Origin: Reichenbachiella sp.
Lineage (GTDB): Bacteria; Bacteroidota; Bacteroidia; Cytophagales; Cyclobacteriaceae
NCBI RefSeq assembly: GCF_965233835.1
Contig: NZ_OZ247585.1
Span: 4,377,342-4,441,341 of the forward strand
Length of the DNA stretch: 64,000 nt
Direction of reading: 5' to 3'
How positions within the stretch are numbered: position 1 is the first letter of the stretch; each line of letters opens with the position of its first letter. Made by a program: the position numbers and the translations under genes. Below the pieces are notes generated by a model that ran no database searches, had not been told where the DNA came from, and saw only the letters and a program-made list of their open reading frames with translations. Positions 58,418 through 64,000 of the stretch are shown here, piece after piece.

Positions 58418-60658
58418 TTACTGATTAAATTTTCCTTTGAGCATAGCCAATTTAGACTGAAGGTCTCCCTGAACTTCCTGTTTGGCTTCTTGCTTTCGCT
58501 CAAACTTCTTTTTGGGTTTGCCAAATGGGTCCGACTTCATCGACAATGAGATTCTCTTCTGGGCTGCATTGATTTCTGTAACCGTGACCTGTACCTGCTG
58601 CTGTAATTTTACAACAGCTGCGGGATCACTCACAAAAGAATCTGACAACTGACTCACGTGCACCAACCCATCCTGATGCACTCCAACATCAACGAATGCC
58701 CCAAACTTGGTAATATTAGTGACTATACCCGGTAGTTTCATACCCACCTTCAAATCACTTATTGCATTTACTCCTTCTTGAAAACTAAACGCCTCATATT
58801 GCTCCCGTGGATCACGACCAGGCTTAGCCAGTTCGTCCATAATATCCTTCAATGTCGGCAAACCCACCTCTTCAGAAACATAATTCTTTGGGTCGATCTT
58901 CGCTCTTACAGATGAGTCTTTCACTAAATCCGTCACTGTGCTGTTTAGGTCAGCCGCCATTTTTTCAACGGTGGCGTATCGTTCTGGGTGCACAGCGCTA
59001 GCATCTAGTACGTTATCGCTTTCGCGAATCCGAAGGAAACCAGCGGCCTGCTCAAATGCCTTATCTCCCATTCGAGGCACCTTTTTCAGTGCTTTTCTAT
59101 TTTTGAATGGGCCGTTTTCATTCCTAAACTTCACGATATTATCCGCCAACTGAGGGCCCAATCCAGAAACGTAAGTAAGAAGTTGCTTACTCGCGGTATT
59201 CAATTCTACACCTACTCCATTCACGCAGCTTTCCACTACGTCATCCAACGAATGCTTCAATGAATTTTGATCTACATCGTGCTGATATTGACCTACTCCA
59301 ATCGATTTGGCGTCAATTTTCACCAATTCGGCCAACGGATCCATCATTCTCCTACCAATAGATACGGCACCTCTAACCGTCAAATCCTGATCAGGAAATT
59401 CCTCCCTTGCTACTTCAGAAGCAGAATAAATAGAGGCACCACTCTCACTAACCATGGCAATGATAACGCTAGATGGCAATCCAAGGGATCTAACAAAACT
59501 TTCAGACTCTCGGCTGGCTGTCCCGTTTCCAATGGCAATAGCCTCGATATTATGCTTGTCGACCATGTGTTTTACGGTTGCTGCTGCTTCAGCTGTTCTC
59601 CTTTGTGGTTCGTGCGGGAATATTGCTTCAAATTCAAGCAACTTGCCTTGTTTGTCTAGACACACTACTTTACAACCCGTTCTGAAGCCAGGATCGAGCG
59701 CCATTACATTTTTCTGACCCAAGGCGGGTGATAGCAACAATTGTCTCAAGTTTTCTGAAAAGACCTGAATCGCCTCATCATCAGCAGTCTTTTTTGATGA
59801 AACCCTGGTTTCTGTTTCCATTGATGGCTTCAACAATCGCTTGTAGGCGTCTTTAAGTGCTATTTTCACCTGCGCTACATTCGCATTTTGTCCAGTGATT
59901 ACCTTTTTCTCCAACAAGAAATTCGCATCATTTTCATCTGGAAAGATATCAAGCGACAATATCATTTCTTTTTCGCCTCGACGCATGGCCAAGAGCCTAT
60001 GAGAAGGGCACTTTTTCAAAGGCTCTTCCCACTCGAAATAATCTTTATACTTCTGTCCTTCCTGCTCCTTGCCTTTCATCACGGTAGATTTGATGACTGC
60101 CTTGTCCAAGAATAGTTTTCTCAATCCTGCTCTTACTTCGGCATTTTCACTCACCCATTCGGCGATAATATCTCTTGCACCCTGAAGGGCTTCTTCTGCA
60201 TCTTTTACTCCTTTTTCATCATTGATGTACTTCAAAGCCAATTCTTCCGGATCACCAAGCCCTTGATCGAAAATGGATTTAGCCAACGGCTCCAAGCCTT
60301 TCTCCTTGGCCATAGAGCCGCGGGTCTTTCTTTTTGGTTTATAAGGCAGATAGATGTCCTCCAGTTCAGTCATCGTCAATGCATCCTCAATTTTCTTTTT
60401 CAGCGCATCGGTCAGTTTACCTTGTTCATCAATTGACTTTAGAATCGCCTCTCTTCGCTTGTCCAGGTCGCGCAACTTGCCAATACGATCTTTGATATAG
60501 GCTACGGCTACTTCGTCTAAAGTCCCTGTTTGTTCTTTTCTGTATCGGGAAATGAACGGAACGGTCGCTCCCTCATCCAACAAGGCAACCACGGCTGCCA
60601 CTCCTGATACCGGAACATTGTGCTCTGTAGCGATCAAAGAAATATGCTTTTGACTCAT
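58418..60658 (-). CDS. tex: Tex-family transcription accessory protein (S1 domain)
   Basis: GATVPFISRYRKEQTG, ALDPGFRTGCK, SIGVGQYQHDV, S1 VTNITKFGAFVDVGVHQDGLVHVS. Confidence 0.96.
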   Translation of the reverse strand: MSQKHISLIATEHNVPVSGVAAVVALLDEGATVPFISRYRKEQTGTLDEVAVAYIKDRIGKLRDLDKRREAILKSIDEQGKLTDALKKKIEDALTMTELEDIYLPYKPKRKTRGSMAKEKGLEPLAKSIFDQGLGDPEELALKYINDEKGVKDAEEALQGARDIIAEWVSENAEVRAGLRKLFLDKAVIKSTVMKGKEQEGQKYKDYFEWEEPLKKCPSHRLLAMRRGEKEMILSLDIFPDENDANFLLEKKVITGQNANVAQVKIALKDAYKRLLKPSMETETRVSSKKTADDEAIQVFSENLRQLLLSPALGQKNVMALDPGFRTGCKVVCLDKQGKLLEFEAIFPHEPQRRTAEAAATVKHMVDKHNIEAIAIGNGTASRESESFVRSLGLPSSVIIAMVSESGASIYSASEVAREEFPDQDLTVRGAVSIGRRMMDPLAELVKIDAKSIGVGQYQHDVDQNSLKHSLDDVVESCVNGVGVELNTASKQLLTYVSGLGPQLADNIVKFRNENGPFKNRKALKKVPRMGDKAFEQAAGFLRIRESDNVLDASAVHPERYATVEKMAADLNSTVTDLVKDSSVRAKIDPKNYVSEEVGLPTLKDIMDELAKPGRDPREQYEAFSFQEGVNAISDLKVGMKLPGIVTNITKFGAFVDVGVHQDGLVHVSQLSDSFVSDPAAVVKLQQQVQVTVTEINAAQKRISLSMKSDPFGKPKKKFERKQEAKQEVQGDLQSKLAMLKGKFNQ

Positions 60659-60797
60659 GCGATTCTATAATTTTTTGTTTGTTAAAAAATTGAGTGCATC
60701 AAATTTAATCACCTGCTGGAATTAATATGACTCTACTTTTGTATATGTTCAAAGAAGTTTTCCACATCCTTGCCGAACAATTGAAATACAAACAGTT

Positions 60798-61370
60798 ATG
60801 AAGAAAATTTTGAAAGACTGGTGGCTCATTATTGGGCTAGCTTGTTCCATATATCTCTTTGGGTATGCAGAGGTAGCTGGATTCATGCAGCGGATAATTT
60901 TATCAACAGGAATCATGCAACCAGATGTGATTGAAAAAGCGGAGCAAGTCGAAGTCAATTATGATTTTAAGTTGAGGGATGAGCAGGGCGCTTCTGTAGA
61001 TTTCAATCAATTCAAAGGTCAAATGGTTTTTTTGAACTTTTGGGCCACCTGGTGTCCTCCATGTGTAGCAGAAATGCCAGATATACATGATTTATACTTA
61101 AAACTAAAAGATGAAAATATCTCTTTCGTATTGATCAGTCGGGATGAAAATTTTGACAAAGCAAAAAACTTTATTGAAAGAAAATCCTACACCTTTCCTA
61201 TATACAAAACAGTATCCCCTCTTCCAGGCACATTAGCTAGTCGATCCATTCCTGCCACATTCGTTATTTCCTCGGAAGGAAAAATCATAGCCCAACGAAT
61301 AGGAATGGCCAAATATGATACTGAAGAGTTTCGAAACTTGCTTCTCCAAGTCCCAGAGGGTAACAACTAG
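60798..61370 (+). CDS. TlpA-family thiol-disulfide oxidoreductase
   Basis: VFLNFWATWCPPCVAEMP, SIPATFVI. Confidence 0.92.
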   Translation: MKKILKDWWLIIGLACSIYLFGYAEVAGFMQRIILSTGIMQPDVIEKAEQVEVNYDFKLRDEQGASVDFNQFKGQMVFLNFWATWCPPCVAEMPDIHDLYLKLKDENISFVLISRDENFDKAKNFIERKSYTFPIYKTVSPLPGTLASRSIPATFVISSEGKIIAQRIGMAKYDTEEFRNLLLQVPEGNN

Positions 61371-63580
61371 TCAACAGTAAAGTAAGCCTGCTGGCTTATC
61401 GCTTTTCCGTCTTTGGAAATGCCTTCCACTCTGATTTCGAATTGTCCTTGAACCTCCGAGGTCCTAAATTTCAATTTTAGGAGTCCGCCTTCATGGTCCA
61501 TCATAGGGTTCCAATACAATAGATCTTGATAGGCTGGGGTTTTAGCTTCTAATTCTTTGGTTACCCCACTTCTTTGTGATTCTCTCTCTCGCTGTACAGG
61601 AACCAAATCAATTTTTGTGCCCTTAGGTTCAACTTCTCCCCTATCTTTTGCGATGGTGTGAACTGATAGAACTCCATCGAAGATACTTTTTCCAAAATAA
61701 TACTTGTGATTTATCACATCAATTCTATCCACCAGATAGGGAGAAAGGTTCATTAAATCTTCGGAAGAAACGATTGCACCATCCAATAGAATTAATGTGG
61801 GATGTATCTCGTATGACCCATTGAAAATAGTTTCCGAGCGCATCTTGAAATCATATTTGTCTTCATTTTTACTGACTCCCACCTCGATAATTAACTCTAT
61901 AAAGGTATCCCTCATGGTAGTAAAACGAGTATAATCATCTAGTTTGTAAGTTTTAACTTGATCAAACTGAGGAATATATGTTTCCCTTTCAGGTTCCTCA
62001 TCCTGAACGTAATAAGCATTCATTATTTGGTTATTGATACTTCGTTTTATGATAGCAGCTACTTTGGTTGAATCAAAGACAACCGGAGGGGTGATAAATT
62101 CAGGATAAAAAGTATAAAATCCCTGATCAATCGATATTTGAGTATTTGGCTCTTCTGAAAGAACATCAATCATGGGCTCTCCATGTGATACCTCGGGATC
62201 ATATTCCAATAAAAACCGACCCAGTGAATCAGTAATCGTGGCGCTCAACTGACCAGTCATACCCGAGAAAGCCAAAGTAACCGTTGCACCTGTAATGGGT
62301 TTTTCATTATCATCAATCACTATACCCGGCACAAGACCTGAACGATACTCAGGCAAATATTTCACTTCCTCAGGGTTTTCTCTGCCGCCTTTGAACTTGG
62401 AGGTAAGTAGCGCATTGTCAAACTGATCTTCGGAGGCCTGTTGATAAAATGAACGAGGAAGGTGCTGATCAACTTTACTACTCAGTGCATCATACCATAA
62501 AATCCCCAAAGCCTCTCGATTTGAATCTGCCTGTTCCACAGAAACAGATAAATTTCCTGCCTGTAAATCTGGAAACACAATATCCATTTCAGTGTTGGTT
62601 TCATAGTTTCCCATAGACTGGATTTGGCGAGGCGCGACATCGCCATTCCAAATCAATCGCTCTCTAACTTTTCCATTCTCATCTGAAAGGACCACTCTCA
62701 ACAAACCATCAGGTAAATTATCCTTATGAATAGAAAATGCGGTATTCAAAACCATCGGACTTGAGAAAACATTTTCCTGATTTTTAAAAAAATCAACTTG
62801 GATCTGCTTGAGTTCCTCTGGGTCAGCCGTTCTGGATCTGACGACAAACAAATCCTGAGTCTGAATCACTCTGAACTGTGTACACCCTGTGCAAGGCTTT
62901 GGCAAATCAATGAACTCAAACCCCTGATCCTTTTCTAAGATGAGTTGAAAAGTTTCGTCTGCTTCTGGGCTGATGTAAAAACTAAAGAACCCAAATTCAT
63001 CGGTCATCACCTCAATAGGGTCGTTTTCCTTGCTAGACACTATTTTCCCCTTAGTTCCAAAGCCTCTTTGGAACTGATCGGAGACCCTCAACACCACTTT
63101 GTTCTTAGCATTTGCTAAGAGCTTTTCTCCTTCCACTGTAATTTGGACATTCAACTTAAATTCAGGTTGTGTAAGGAAATCTTGATTAAGATAGGGGTTA
63201 ATGATGACCAATGGTTCTCGGAAAAATTTATTAAAATTCTTCATCCAGAGCGTATAGGCCACGAAATGATAGTTGCCAGTCTCTAAGTCGGTAGGTATGA
63301 AAAAACTACTGAAACACTGCCCTTCATTTACAGTTAACTTGGTTTGATATACCAGACTACCCGAAGCGTTTAAAATTTCGACATACAATATTCGACTCAA
63401 CTTTGATAGTTTGCCTGTTTGCACGCTATATATATAATTCTTGAAATGCAAGGTCTCTCCAACCAACAGCTCGGTAGAACTGAGATGACTAAACACTGAT
63501 TCTCTAATGTTGCTTTGTGCAAACAGCAAACTGGGAATCAGCATGCATAATATGATTGCAAGTTTCTTCATCAATCCCAA
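61367..63580 (-). CDS. Secreted MG2-like / carboxypeptidase-regulatory / TonB-plug-like protein without beta-barrel
   Basis: ESVFSHLSS..LLVGETLHF N-terminus; IVIDDNEKPITGATV; LILLDG..IDVI plug-like segment; LYWNP...VEGI C-terminus. Confidence 0.7.
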   Translation of the reverse strand: MGLMKKLAIILCMLIPSLLFAQSNIRESVFSHLSSTELLVGETLHFKNYIYSVQTGKLSKLSRILYVEILNASGSLVYQTKLTVNEGQCFSSFFIPTDLETGNYHFVAYTLWMKNFNKFFREPLVIINPYLNQDFLTQPEFKLNVQITVEGEKLLANAKNKVVLRVSDQFQRGFGTKGKIVSSKENDPIEVMTDEFGFFSFYISPEADETFQLILEKDQGFEFIDLPKPCTGCTQFRVIQTQDLFVVRSRTADPEELKQIQVDFFKNQENVFSSPMVLNTAFSIHKDNLPDGLLRVVLSDENGKVRERLIWNGDVAPRQIQSMGNYETNTEMDIVFPDLQAGNLSVSVEQADSNREALGILWYDALSSKVDQHLPRSFYQQASEDQFDNALLTSKFKGGRENPEEVKYLPEYRSGLVPGIVIDDNEKPITGATVTLAFSGMTGQLSATITDSLGRFLLEYDPEVSHGEPMIDVLSEEPNTQISIDQGFYTFYPEFITPPVVFDSTKVAAIIKRSINNQIMNAYYVQDEEPERETYIPQFDQVKTYKLDDYTRFTTMRDTFIELIIEVGVSKNEDKYDFKMRSETIFNGSYEIHPTLILLDGAIVSSEDLMNLSPYLVDRIDVINHKYYFGKSIFDGVLSVHTIAKDRGEVEPKGTKIDLVPVQRERESQRSGVTKELEAKTPAYQDLLYWNPMMDHEGGLLKLKFRTSEVQGQFEIRVEGISKDGKAISQQAYFTVD

Positions 63581-64000
63581 TATTCTGGTTTCTTAATATC
63601 TGCATGTACCCTACAATCGCTGCAAGGAATAGTTGCTAAAGCGGCAACGCCACTTAATACATCCACATAAATTAGATTATTACCCTGCATTATTTGATTA
63701 TTAAGCTCACCAATAGACACTTCTAGAATTCCACTCCCCAGACAATCACCAGCACTAAATTGGTCTGGTTTAAATCCTTGATCCCTGAAATTACTTGAGT
63801 GAAAAAACGCAGTATCTGTGCTTAACCCTGCTACTTCAAAATAACCCAACACGGGCATTGATGAATCGACAGATGAAATATTGCCGGGAATAGTACCTTT
63901 TTGCTTATCAAAAAAACTTCCCGCTGATTCGTTGTTTTCTCTTAGGTTCTTGTAGTAGCGGTATCCATTTTCGCTAATAGCAAATTGCTTCAATACAATA
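63571..64000 (-). CDS. DUF4249-family protein, C-terminal part (start lies beyond the window)
   Basis: Frame open at the window edge; KQFAISENGYRYY..GSFFD..GNI..VLGYF and C-terminal CSDCR..KPEYW. Confidence 0.8.
   Translation of the reverse strand, partial: IVLKQFAISENGYRYYKNLRENNESAGSFFDKQKGTIPGNISSVDSSMPVLGYFEVAGLSTDTAFFHSSNFRDQGFKPDQFSAGDCLGSGILEVSIGELNNQIMQGNNLIYVDVLSGVAALATIPCSDCRVHADIKKPEYWD

Noticed and set aside
58306-58524. 72-aa minus-strand ORF between tex and the 622-aa gene
   Set aside because: It overlaps the tex 3' end in another frame and has no protein-like motif.
474-60115. Many short antisense or alternate-frame ORFs in the track (for example 474-662, 4602-4997, 4946-5287, 12195-12512, 35530-36030, 37742-38167, 49395-49793)
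   Set aside because: They lie within well-supported genes on another frame or strand and have no motifs; they are shadow ORFs.

Overview
Chromosomal 64 kb window from a Bacteroidota genome. Gene content, TAnnTTTG promoters and T9SS cargo point to a Cytophagia-like organism (inference). Housekeeping blocks: 5'-truncated purL, tRNA-Gln-prs-rplY-pth, queA, ispD, ettA, nuoHIJKLMN-purF, murI, cystathionine beta-synthase and tex. Two accessory blocks rich in signalling and cell-surface genes lie between them (about 13.3-29.8 kb and 40.7-54.3 kb). I found no CRISPR array, rRNA, transposase, integrase or recognisable defence system. Best candidates for undescribed biology: (1) an ECF sigma / FecR / TonB-dependent transducer module with a divergent, nearly cargo-less T9SS C-terminal-domain protein, where both arms carry the same GTAGGG-N16-CGT promoter; (2) two paralogous TPR histidine kinases, one LytTR regulator, and LytTR-type boxes upstream of a PKD surface lipoprotein and an unannotated 49-aa lipopeptide; (3) a SigZ operon led by an 8-Cys metallothionein-like peptide; (4) a NuoI with a long Lys/Pro repeat tail; (5) a Met-rich leader ORF with a hairpin upstream of cystathionine beta-synthase. 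All family assignments come from motif recognition by eye; no database searches were run.
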